A stretch of DNA of 64,000 nucleotides from Octopus vulgaris. Lineage: Eukaryota. The stretch is taken from the NCBI GenBank assembly GCA_951406725.2, contig OX597834.1, positions 28,396,001 to 28,460,000 of the forward strand. The letters are read 5' to 3'. How positions within the stretch are numbered: the stretch's first letter is position 1; each line of letters starts with the position of its first letter. Both the position numbers and the translations under genes were made by a program. Shown here one piece after another: positions 1-11,394 of this stretch. The notes beneath the pieces were generated by a model, which saw only the letters and a program-made list of their open reading frames with translations, did no database searches and was not told the DNA's origin.

Positions 1-81
1 TGTGTGTGTGTGGTGTGTGTGTAGATAGATAGATAGATAGATAGATAGATATATAGATAGATAGATAGAGATGGATGGATG

Positions 82-143
<62 letters not shown>

Positions 144-260
144 GATGGATGGATGGATAGATGGATAGACAGACAGACAGACAGATAGATAGATACATAC
201 ATACACATACAGATATACATACATACATACATACATATATTCATACATGCATACATACAT
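1..260. repeat. Compound (GATA)n/(GGAT)n/(GACA)n/(CATA)n microsatellite
   Basis: Direct tetranucleotide repeats. Confidence 0.95.
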
Positions 261-592
261 AGTATTGTATGATATAAATTTAGATACTAACGTAATGTTT
301 CGTATGTTTGTGTGTGTGTATCATATGTCTCTATGAGTAGAGGTGTGTTCATTGTCACGTACAAAATTCAAGTAATCGCTTTCTTTTATAAGGGAGGGGG
401 GTTATCTTTATCACCACCATCATTTTTGTTCTTTCTTAGCTTGCCTGATAACAATCTCTTAACGAATCAACAACGGTTAAACCCGGATGTAAAACTGTAG
501 ACTATTTTATACATCTTTAGGTCCATCTGTTTCTTCTTTTCGTGACGTGTCGCACTAAATAACTTTATCTTTAACGTCACTTATACATTAAC

Positions 593-658
<66 letters not shown>

Positions 659-660
<2 letters not shown>

Positions 661-861
661 CCATGTTGATTCGCTAGCCTCTGCACGCATTTTTTTTCTC
701 TCCTTGTTTCTTTCTGTGTTTCTTTTCTGTGTATCTTTCTGTTGAAGAGCGCAGGCTCGAAACATAAAAGACTTGTTTTATTTATATTCCTGAGCGCCAT
801 ACTAATACAATTGTTTGTTTGTACTCCACCTGCCTTCGTCTTTTGTCTATTTTCATAAAGC
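659..861 (+). mobile_element. Short Penelope-like/retrozyme-like non-autonomous element, copy 1, inserted in (TA)n
   Basis: Homologous to 16466-16642 (+), 15243-15416 (-) and, more distantly, 57066-57231 (-). Flanked on both sides by (TA)n. Contains hammerhead-like motif 734-771. Confidence 0.7.
734..771 (+). ncRNA. Minimal type I hammerhead-like motif (decayed; stem III G>A)
   Basis: UCUUU-CUGUUGA-A-GAGC(gcag)GCUC-GAAAC-AUA-AAAGA; stem I UCUUU/AAAGA and stem II are intact. Confidence 0.5.
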
Positions 862-1380
862 TATATATATATATATATATATATACCTATGTGTGTGTGT
901 AACTATTGAAAAGTACGACTTTGGTTGTGACGGTGATATGCCCATGTCTGTAGCTGTGTGCAGTGGCTGTGATAAGAGCGCTGGCGGTCGTGGCTTCGGG
1001 GATAGTGGTAGTGTTGGTTGTAGTTGTGGGTAGCGATGGTGGTTATGATGCACATGTGCCCACAGATGCCTGTGCTGGTAGGTGGTGGGGGTAGTGGTGG
1101 TGACAGGTGGAGTTTGTGGTGATGATAGTGATGGTAGCACTAGTGGTGATGTGGGATGCTGGTCATCGTGGTGGTGGCATTGGTGGTCGTAGTAAAAGGT
1201 GGTAGTAGCATCTCAACTAGTGAAGATGAAACTATTCACAAAGACACCGCTGGTTGTCGTTCGTCATTGCTATTTAGTCGAGGTCATCCTCATCAACCAG
1301 ACCTATGATCAACGGCGTTCTAGCCGTGACCATACTATCTTTTAATTCAAAGTATCTCGGACTATATGATGTGTGTTCTT

Positions 1381-1418
<38 letters not shown>

Positions 1419-2176
1419 GAGATGAGGAGGAGGAGATGCAGGTATGGTTGTGTGGTTAAGATGTTCGCTTTGCAATCACGTGGCTTAGGGTTCAGCTCTA
1501 CTGCGTAGCACCTTGGGCAAGTATCTTCTACAATAGCCCCGTGTCGACCAATGCCCTGTGAATAATTTTGGCAGACGGAAACTGTGTGGAAGCCCGTCGT
1601 ATAAAGAAGAAGAAAATATGAATACTGGTGTCAATTTGTTCGACTCAAAACCTTCAGGACAGTGCCCCAGCATGACCGCAAGCTAATGACAAAGAGGTGA
1701 AAGACAAAAGAATGGGTGTTTTGTTCGTATTAAGTATGTCTTAATATACTGCTTTGTTAAGGTGAAAATGGGAATGATACGAACTACCGAATCCAGGTAA
1801 AAAAAAAGACAGAAAAAAAGTTAGTGGTTTTGTCTGGAGAGGGGGTTTGTCCGGATCCCATAACTTAAATGTGACCTTTTTTCTTGAGCCTTTTTTCCTA
1901 TCCAAAATTGTGACTTTATTACTGTGACTTTACTACCAGTCACCCAGCTACCACCCCTACGATCGAAAGTAGGATGCCCTATCATTTCGGTGATTTGCAA
2001 TACTAAAGTCGGTCAGTCGGTCAGTCGGTCGGTTGGTTAAGTGGATCGAGAATTTCTTGGCATTCCTGATACGCGTCTTCCATTCCACTTAGTCATCCAT
2101 GATAATTCAAAGCTGTTGGATGGAAAGTGCATCCAGTGTCTTCCAGCAACTGGTTGATGCATTTCATATATATATA

Positions 2177-2392
2177 AGAATCGTTAGCACACCGGGCGAA
2201 ATGCGTAGCCGTATTTCGTCTGCCGTTACGTTCTGAGTTCAAATTCCGCCGAGGTCGACTTTGCCTTTCATCCTTTCGGGGTCGATAAATTAAGTACCAG
2301 TTACGCACTGGAGTCGATGTAATCGGTTTAATCCATTTGTCTGTCCTTGTTTGTCCCCTCTGTGTTTATCCCCTTGTGGGTAGTAAAGAAAT
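2177..2392 (+). mobile_element. SINE family B (tRNA-like head, core GCCGAGGTCGACTTTGCCTTTCATCCTTTCGGGGTCGATAAA, young tail)
   Basis: B-box GAGTTCAAATTCC; near-identical to many copies in the window. The core resembles the Meta-SINE-type central domain (from recall, unverified). Confidence 0.85.
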
Positions 2393-2736
2393 TCATATAT
2401 ATATAAGATGTTAAAATAAAGATGGATAACATCGACTAATCACTGCTTAAAAGGATGAAAAGCAAAGTTGACCTCGGCAAGATTTGTAACCAAAACGCAA
2501 AGAGCCGGAACAAATACAACATAGCAATTTGTCCGACGCTCTAACGAGTCTTCCACCTCACCGTCCGAATTTGGTACAAAGCCACCTTTTTTAAATTTTT
2601 ATATAGAGGAACAGTCGAAATCATCGAGCCCAGTACTTCTCTGGTACTTTATTATATCGACATCGAAGTGATGAAAGACGAAGTTGATCTCAGCGGAATT
2701 TGAACTCAGAACGTACAAAAAGCTGGAACAAATACC

Positions 2737-2966
2737 TATTTCTTTACTATCCACAAGGGGCTTAAACACAGAGAGGACAAACAAGGACAGACAAACGGAT
2801 TAAGTCGATTATATCGACCCCAGTGCGTAACTGGTACTTATTTAATCGACCCCGAAAGGATGAAAGGCAAAGTCGACCTCGGCGGAATTTGAACTCAGAA
2901 AGTAACGGCAGCCGAAATACGGCTACGCATTTCGCCCGGCGTGCTAACGTTTCTGCCAGCTCGCCA
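2737..2966 (-). mobile_element. SINE family B, young copy nested in an older B copy
   Basis: Full head to tail; adjacent to target-site copy 2721-2736. Confidence 0.85.
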
Positions 2967-2979
2967 CCCAAACGTTATC

Positions 2980-3080
2980 TGTCAAAAGTGGGATTCGAGC
3001 CCACGCCCACGTTCGTGGACCAGAGTACTCAATGTTCTGGTTAACGTACCTGGCGCCTTAGACCACTCGGCCATTCTGAC
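2980..3080 (-). pseudogene. Intron-containing tRNA-Leu (CAA-type) pseudogene lacking the anticodon loop
   Basis: Minus strand GTCAGAATGGCCGAGTGGTCTAAGGCGCCAG-[intron-like GTACGTTAACCAGAACATTGAGTA]-CTCTGGTCCACGAACGTGGGCGTGGGCTCGAATCCCACTTTTGACA. Acceptor stem GTCAGAA/TTTTGAC, D arm, long variable arm and T stem all pair. The expected ACTCAAG is absent and T54>C. Confidence 0.85.
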
Positions 3081-3111
3081 AGCTTCACTGTCAAAAGCTG
3101 GAATAAATACC

Positions 3112-3346
3112 TATTTCTTTATTACCCACGAGGGGCTAAACACAGAGGGGACAAACAAGGACAGACATACGGATTAAATCGATTATCGATTAAATCGACC
3201 CCAGTACGTAACTGGTACTTAATTTATCGACCCCGAAAGGATGAAAGGCAAAGTCGACCTCGGCAGAATTTGAACTCAGAACGTAACGGCAGACGAAATA
3301 CGGCTATGCATTTCGTCTAGTGTGCTAACCATTCTGCCAGCTCGCC
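3112..3346 (-). mobile_element. SINE family B, young copy
   Basis: Flanked by AGCTGGAATAAATACC (3096-3111) and AGCTGGAATAGATACC (3347-3362). Confidence 0.85.
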
Positions 3347-3688
3347 AGCTGGAATAGATACCGTTAAACATTTTGTTCGACGCTCTAACAATTTTGCCAA
3401 CTCTTCGCCTCGGAGGTCTTTGATTTCGTTACAAGGCTAGCAATTTTAAGGAGAGGGGTTCGTTCTCTCAGTTGATCTCCAGTATTCAACTGGTACTTTA
3501 TTTTATCGCCACTGAAAGTTCACCGCGGTAGGATTTTGGAGCCAAAATATAAAAAGCCGGAAGAAATGCCGCAAAGTATTTGGTCCGATGCTCTAACGGT
3601 TCGGCCAGCGCGTCTCCTTAAAAGCAACAAGAACAACTAAAACAATATTCAACTGACCTTGTGGTATTTGAGGAGAAATGATGTTGTG

Positions 3689-4093
3689 GTGGTGGTGGTG
3701 TTGGCTGCAGTGGGGGAGGTGGTGGTGTAGGCTGCAGTGGGTGAGGTGGTGGTGTAGGCTGCAGTGAGGGAGGTGGTGGTGTAGGCTGCAGTGGGTGAGG
3801 TGGTGGTGTAGGCTGCAGTGGGGGAGGTGGTGGTGTAGGCTGCAGTGGGTGAGGTGGTGGTGTAGGCTGAAGTGGGGGAGGTGGGCGTTAGGCTGCAGTG
3901 GGTGAGGTGGTGGTGTAGGCTGTAGTGTGGGAGGTGGTGGTGTAGGCTGCAGTGGGGGAGGTGGTGGTGTAGGCTGCAGTGGGTGAGGTGGTGGTGTAGG
4001 CTGCAGTGGGTGAGGTGGTGGTGTAGGCTGCAGTGTGGGAGGTGGTGGTGTAGGCTGCAGTGTGGGAGGTGGTGGTGTAGGCTGCAGTGGGGG
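3689..4093. repeat. 27-bp minisatellite (GGAGGTGGTGGTGTAGGCTGCAGTGGG), ~15 units
   Basis: Direct tandem repeats; one variant unit near 3885. Confidence 0.95.
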
Positions 4094-4619
4094 TGGCGAT
4101 GAAGATGATGATGATGATGATGACGACGATGGTGATGGTGGTGATTACGATGACGGCGATCATGATAATGATGATGGTGGTGGTGGTGGTAGTGGTGGTG
4201 GTACGGTGGCAAGCAGTGGTTCTGATGGCGGTAGGACGGGAGAGGCATGCAGGCAGCGGTGCAGTATATATATTATGTAGATTTATTGCAGCAGACATGC
4301 AGGCTGCCAGTAAACCAATAAATAAGGGGCGGAAGTGTAGATGGAAGGTGGAGGGGCAAAGGGTCGAGCGGAGCGTGGGAGGTGGGAGGTGGGGGTGGGT
4401 GTTAGGGGTTTAGCCGCACAGTCAATCAGTCAATCAGTCATATGACCCTTGCATGACCTCGTCTTCACCTTTATTTAGTTTCCAACTTTGGATCAAAACT
4501 ATATCGAAATTCATATCTTTACGATGCATAAATATTTGTGTCCGCCCTGGTTTTTTCTCTCTCCGGATGCCTCTTAATCTGCACCAAGGATCAAACTCGC
4601 ACATGGAACGCCATTATAG

Positions 4620-4667
<48 letters not shown>

Positions 4668-4672
4668 ATATA

Positions 4673-4704
<32 letters not shown>

Positions 4705-5102
4705 AGTGTGTACGTGTATTTTTCATCTATCGATCAATCCAACACACACAAACACACACACACACACACACACACAAACTTAATCGCGCGCACATAGATA
4801 AATTTACGATGTATGTATGTATGTATATGTGTATGTATGTGCGTATGTATGTATGTATGTATGTGTGTATGTATATATGTATGTATGTGTGTATGTGCGT
4901 ATGTACGTATGTATGTGTGTATGTATATATGTATGCGTGTATGTATGTATGTATGTGCGTATGTACGTATGTATGTATGTGCGTATGTACGTATGTATGT
5001 GTGTATGTATGTATGTGCGTATGTATGTATGTATGTATGTATGTATGTATGTATGTATGTGTGTGTGTGTATGTATGTATGTGTGTATGTATGTATATAT
5101 GT

Positions 5103-5264
5103 AGGAGTGGCTGTGTGGTAAGTAGCTTGCTAACCAACCACATGGTTCCGGGTTCAGTCCCACTGCGTGGCATCTTGGGCAAGTGTCATCTGCTATAGCC
5201 CCGGGCTGACCAATGCCTTGTGAGTGGATTTGGTAGACGGAAACTGAAAGAAGCCTGTCGTATA

Positions 5265-5350
<86 letters not shown>

Positions 5351-5563
5351 TGTGTCTGTGTTTGTCCCCCTAGCATTGCTTGACAACCGATGCTGGTGTG
5401 TTTACGTCCCCGTCACTTAGCGGTTCGGCAAAGGAGACCGATAGAATAAGTACTGGGCTTACAAAGAATAAGTCCCGGGGTCGATTTGCTCGACTAAAGG
5501 CGGTGCTCCAGCATGGCCGCAGTCAAATGACTGAAACAAGTAAAAGAGTAAAAGAGTAAGAGT
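5103..5563 (+). mobile_element. SINE family A (tRNA-like head, internal (TA)n(TG)n, (TAAAAGAG)n tail)
   Basis: A-box TGGCTGTGTGG, B-box GGTTCAGTCCC; more than 10 homologous copies in the window. Confidence 0.9.
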
Positions 5564-6140
5564 ATGTATATATATGTATGTATGTATGTATGTGTATATG
5601 TATGTATGTATGTGGGGATGTGTGTGTGTGTGTGCGTATGTATGTATGTGGGGATGTGTGTGTGTGTGTGTGCGTATGTATGTATGTGGGGATGTGTGTG
5701 TGTGTAAGTGTCTGACTGGCGACTGTTGGTGCTGCCACCTACAGTTGCTTTTGGAGTTACAGAAGGGAAAAGGAAAATAATTTACTAAGAAACAGAAGGG
5801 GGGGTAGAGTTTCCATTTAAGGAAAAGGGTGACACGGGGATGGGGTGATAAAGGAAGATACGGAATACGGAATAATAAGGAAAAGACACACAATAAATGC
5901 GAACATGCTCAAACACGCATCAGTTATCAACCAAATATTGCCACTGTTTTGACATATCTATAATCCTAGATCCAATTTAATCCGTATCGGATAATCCGAG
6001 GAGAAACAATGCTTAAGTGTCTTAAGATGTGTACGTACTTCTCATCCACCATTTCCAACTGATTTTGCACATATTTCGTTCTACAGAATGTTTTCTTTTA
6101 CTGTTTTCCGTTTCTTACCTTTTCTAGGTTCCCCCCCCCT

Positions 6141-6240
6141 TCTGCTCTGATGAAGAACAAACATTCCGAAACGTAAAAAACATTCCGAAACGTAAAAAAC
6201 ATTCCGAAACGTAAAACACATTCCGAAACGTTAAAACATT
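6141..6240 (+). ncRNA. Hammerhead-like motif with canonical CUGAUGA core and ~4x 19-bp tandem amplification of its 3' half
   Basis: CTGATGA (6147-6153)-AGAACAAACATTCC-GAAACGTA, then repeats of CATTCCGAAACGTAAAAAA. Stems are weak or decayed. Confidence 0.4.
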
Positions 6241-6644
6241 TTTACGCTATGCTTCATTCCAGCATGGAACTATAATATTATCTGTAAATATATAGTTTGT
6301 TTCTGTTGTTTTTAAAATACTTTCTCGTAAATATACGTTTGTATATGTGAGCGCACGTACACGTATGTTTTTATATATGAGCATGTATCTCTCTTTATAT
6401 AAATATGACATATACATTTACAACGATGTGTATTTATAACAAAAGTATTTGCAGGGTGAAATTCCTCTTGTCTCTCTTTCAAATGATATTCTACACCTTT
6501 ACCTAGTCACAACCCCGCCAACAAAATTACAAGGCGTAAATGACAAAAGCAGCAACGGAGACTGTTTACTTTAATATATAGGATTGTTTAGTGAAATTTG
6601 ACGACCAGATATGTGTAAATGGTTCTCTGTCCATGAAGGCAGTC

Positions 6645-6676
<32 letters not shown>

Positions 6677-6855
6677 TGAAATAGCAGAAACTGTGCAAAC
6701 AGTGCAGACAACTTCACATTATATCAAAGTATGTCTCTTTGTACATCGACGGAGCTAGTTTAAAATCGACATTTAGGCGTAGACACGATGAAAGAATATT
6801 AGGTTAATTTGTAACCATTAGACCAGGAGTTCTCGATCTTTATTATTATTATTAA

Positions 6856-6910
<55 letters not shown>

Positions 6911-7335
6911 GAGGTGAAATGCTTGGTGGTATTTCGCCCGCCACTACGTTCTGAATTCAAATTCCGCCGAGGTCAACTTTCTCTTTCATCCTTTGGGTGT
7001 TCATAAATTAAGTACCAGCTGAGTACTGGGATCGATGTAATCGACTTAACCCCTTCCCCCAAATTTTCAGGCTTTGTGGCTATAATAGAAAGGATTATTA
7101 TTAAGTGAGAGAGCAGTGCATGCCATCAAAGTGACACTGGAGTAAAATATACGAAGCCCAGTATACTCATCATGACTACCCGTCTCATAAGGGTACACCA
7201 GGAACATGCATCAATTTGCTCGACTAAAGGCGGTGCTCCAGCATGGCCGCAGTCAAATGAGTGAAACAAGTAAAAGAATATATATATACACACACACACA
7301 CACTACATATTTTATACAGATCCATACGCACACAC

Positions 7336-7377
<42 letters not shown>

Positions 7378-7378
7378 T

Positions 7379-7477
7379 ATGAAAGAATGGAGTCGAACGA
7401 AGATGTTAACAAAATTCCTTCTCCACTTGTTGGAGAAGGAATTTTGTTAACATCTTCGTTCGACTCCATTCTTTCAT
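7379..7477. repeat. Perfect inverted repeat, 47-bp arms, 5-nt loop
   Basis: 7379-7425 is the exact reverse complement of 7431-7477. Confidence 0.95.
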
Positions 7478-7634
7478 TTATTCATATACAACACACAAAT
7501 TTCTGCACATGAACCCGGAGTTTCTACTCTTGACAGGTCGCTTCAACCGTGTTTCTGACGTGAATTTGCTACCCAGGTTTCGGTTAAACGAATTTTCCAT
7601 GCTGACGATAAACATAGGATAATTCATTCACCTA

Positions 7635-7696
<62 letters not shown>

Positions 7697-9106
7697 ATAG
7701 GAGGGTTTAATATCGGAAACAAAGGAGAAGGAAAGATCCCGAGAAGGGAAGACAGAGGAAAAAATTTTTTGCTGGTGGTGCTAGAGATCACTGTCGTATA
7801 TATACATACGACAGGCTGCTCTCAGTTTCCGCCCACCAAAATCCACTTAGAAAAATTTGCTCAAATTCATCGCCAACAAAGGAATCCTTAAATTTGTTCC
7901 CTGGTTAATATCAATAAGCATGTTTAGTGGTCTTCATTAGGTTTGAGTTGAAGTTCCAAGCAAGGTTTTATTGGCTTCGATGGATGGTTCAGCATGCAAT
8001 ACTCTCCTTTCGTCCAAGTGTTGCTCATCATGTGTCTATGGTTGCGATGGAATAATCCAACGGGAAAAAGGGAGAAAGAGTCAAGGGGGAAATAGAGAGT
8101 GATAGAAAGGGACATAGACGGTCGTGTGTGTGTGTGTGTGAGAGGGAGAGAGAGATAGAGAGAGAGAGAGAGAGCTTTTGTTTATTTAATCTAAACCACC
8201 ACTGGCCCGATTTGACGAAATATTTGTTCATGATAAACGTCAATGTTAAATAGGACAACGAAAGAGAAACATGATGAAAGTGGTGTGGGGAGACAAAGTG
8301 GAGGAGAGAATGATGGAGGGAGAGAGAGATGAGAGAGAGAGAGGGGAGAGAGGGAGGGGATGTGGGTGAAAAAGAATGAAATAGATAAAGAATGTAAGGG
8401 AAACAGGTTGGAGGAAGAGGAAAAATAAACAAGGAAGGAGAATAAGAAAGGAGGAAGAGTCGAAGAACGAGGAGAAGGATGAGAGCGAGAGAGAGAGAGG
8501 AAGAGAGAGAAGAGGAGAGAGGGAGAGGGAGAGAGTGAAAGAGAGAGAAGGGGAGAGAGAAAAGGGGGAGAGAGAAAAGGTGAGTGAGTGAAAAGAGTCG
8601 AAGAACGAGGAGAAGGATGAGAGCGAGAGAGAGGGAGAGAGTGAAAGAGAGAGAGAGAAGGTGGAGAGAGAAAAGGGGAGAGAAGGTGAGTGAGTGAAAA
8701 GTAAAACAGAAGATGAATGTAAAGGAAACAGGTGGGAGGAAAAGGAAAGAAAGAGGAAAATGAACGAAGGAGAATAAATGAAAAAGAAAGAGAAAGAAGT
8801 GGAGAACGAGAAGAGAGAGAGAGAGAAAGAGCGAAGAGAAAGCTGGAGAGAGGGAGAGAGAGAGAGAGAGAGAGCCGGAGAGAAAGACAGGCAGACAGTA
8901 AAGGGTGAAGAGGTTAGCAGGGTATAAAGAAAGAAAGAAAAAAAAATATGCGGAATGCAGACGACACAGAAAAAACGTCAAGAGAGAGAAAGAGGAAGAG
9001 GAAGAGACAAAGAGAGAGAAAAGCTAAGAGAAAAATGGGGGAGAAAGGGTGAAAAAGACTGAAGCAGACAGACAGATAGATAGAGATATAAGACAGACGT
9101 AGATTT

Positions 9107-9107
9107 T

Positions 9108-9197
<90 letters not shown>

Positions 9198-9201
9198 TGC
9201 G

Positions 9202-9233
<32 letters not shown>

Positions 9234-9330
9234 GGTGTGTATGTGTGTGTGTGCGTGTGTGTATGTGTGTGTGTGTATGTGTGTGTGTGTGTGTGCGTGC
9301 GTGTGTGTGCGTGCGTGTGTGTGTGTGTGT
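9107..9330. repeat. (TG)n microsatellite
   Basis: Direct. Confidence 0.95.
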
Positions 9331-10003
9331 GATCGTCATTTTATATGCAAAGTCACACTCGTTTTGTTTCAGATTTTGTTTCTGGCAAACAACAAACAGC
9401 CGAAAATAAACCCACAAATGAAACAACATAAGTTTACTGCCCTCCCTCTCTCTCTCTCAGTGCCTTTGTCTATCTGTCTCTCTCTCTCTCACTCTCTCTC
9501 ATTACCCTCGCTTCCTCACTCTCTGTCTCTCTGTTTGCCTCCCTCCCTCCCTCTCTATCTATCTGCTGTTGCTGTTAAGGGTGGTGGGTAAAGGTAAGAA
9601 AATGGTGTGTAGTTCAGCAGATCAGATTGCCTGCTCCGTTGGTTGGTTTGCTAATTGCTCTCGAAACCGCTGGTGACGTTTGTTTCGTTGCGTTTCGGCG
9701 ACCGCCAAGAACGTGCTAACGATCGTAGTTTATCACAGAAACGGGGGTGGCGGTGTGAACCCCGCCCCAAAAACACATTGTTAACGCATTTTGTAAATGG
9801 AGCAAATGGTAGAGTCATTGACACCAAACTCGCGGGCCACAGCAGCGAAGAAGTTTCCAGTTACGTATTTTCTTGATCATTTTACCCTTTATCACGGTTG
9901 ATCTGTGATAACGCGGATTGCTAATCAGTCGAAGAATCTGCTTCGTACCAGCAAAATCGCGCGCCCAGTCACAACCCACAATCATAAGTAGAGGAACGAA
10001 ATT

Positions 10004-10596
10004 TGCATAGGGGGAACAAACCCAGATCCAAAGATTTTTTACATACAAAGTCGATTCTTTCTTTCAATCTTAAGATCAAAGCAAACACATGTAGGATAAT
10101 GATTTCAAATTTTGACACAAGGCCAGCAATTTCGGGGGAAAGGCGCAAGTCGATTACATTGATCCCAGTGCTCAACTGGTACTTATTTTATCGACCCCGA
10201 AAGGATGAAAGGCAAAGTCGACCTCGGCGGAATTAGAAAACAGAACGTAAGGACGGACGAAATGCCGCTAAGCATTTTTCCCGGCGTGCTAACGATTCTG
10301 CATAGGGGGAACAAACCCAGATCCAAAGATTTTTTACATACAAAGTCGATTCTTTCTTTCAATCTTAAGATCAAAGCAAACACATGTAGGATAATGATTT
10401 CAAATTTTGACACAAGGCCAGCAATTTCGGGGGAAAGGCGCAAGTCGATTACATTGATCCCAGTGCTCAACTGGTACTTATTTTATCGACCCCGAAAGGA
10501 TGAAAGGCAAAGTCGACCTCGGCGGAATTAGAAAACAGAACGTAAGGACGGACGAAATGCCGCTAAGCATTTTTCCCGGCGTGCTAACGATTCTGC
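10004..10596. repeat. 295-bp tandem duplication (unique flank plus minus-strand older SINE B)
   Basis: Two apparently identical units at offset 295, with TGC microhomology at the junction. Confidence 0.9.
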
Positions 10597-11394
10597 CAAG
10601 CTCGTTGCTTTCAGCACAGTATAAATTCGGGGGGGGGGGGGGACTAGTCGATTATATCGACCCTAGTGTTTCACTGTTACTTAATTTATAGACCCCGAAA
10701 AGATGAAAGGCAAAATGAAATTTGAACTCAGAACGTAGCGACGGGCGAAATACCTATTTATTTACTACCCACAAGGGGCCAAACACAGAGAGGACAAACA
10801 AGGACAGACAAACTTATTTAATCGATCCCGATTAAATAACAAACCATAAAATAAAATTCTATTTTTCAAAATGAAAGAAAACTATCAGTAAGATGGAAAA
10901 TAATGTTTATTTTTGTAGGTTTTCATTTTATATTTGAAAAGTTTTATAATTTTTTTTTAATTGCAAAGTCTTTGATCAGATACTCAGAATTAATCTTACG
11001 TAACACATCTGTTTCTATACTTAGCAGAGATAAGACATCCTGAATATTATTTTAGCAAGCTTAAAGTGTTTTCTATTGTACCGAAAAACCATTTACCATT
11101 TCTGTAGTGCGCCCACACTACTCCCTTGATACCCTAAGCGCGTGCTTATTTTTGCCTAATGGTTAATCTAGTGCTTGACTGATCCTATGTTGATGGGTAC
11201 GAGTACGCAAATCCATATAAAAATTCGCAGCCTCGTAGTACGATCACGTGAACACAAGCAACGATCTGTACATTCTCGGAAGCTAAGCATTGCGAGTAGT
11301 GGCTAGGACGCGTTTTTTTGGGTATAGGAAAATCTTCGACTGACTGCCGACCCTCAAAATTGCTGGCCTTAGATCAAAATTTGAAACAATTATT

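Noticed and set aside
445-504. Degenerate hammerhead (CTGATAA..AAAACTGTA) before a (TA)n tract
   Set aside because: Both essential core Gs are missing and stem I does not pair.
3649-4298. Mucin-like TTTSPTAAY ORF
   Set aside because: 27-bp minisatellite whose frame is broken by a variant unit near 3885; no signal peptide or clear acceptor.
7500-7600. Repeated GAAAC..GT motifs on the minus strand
   Set aside because: No upstream CUGANGA core or stem I could be built.
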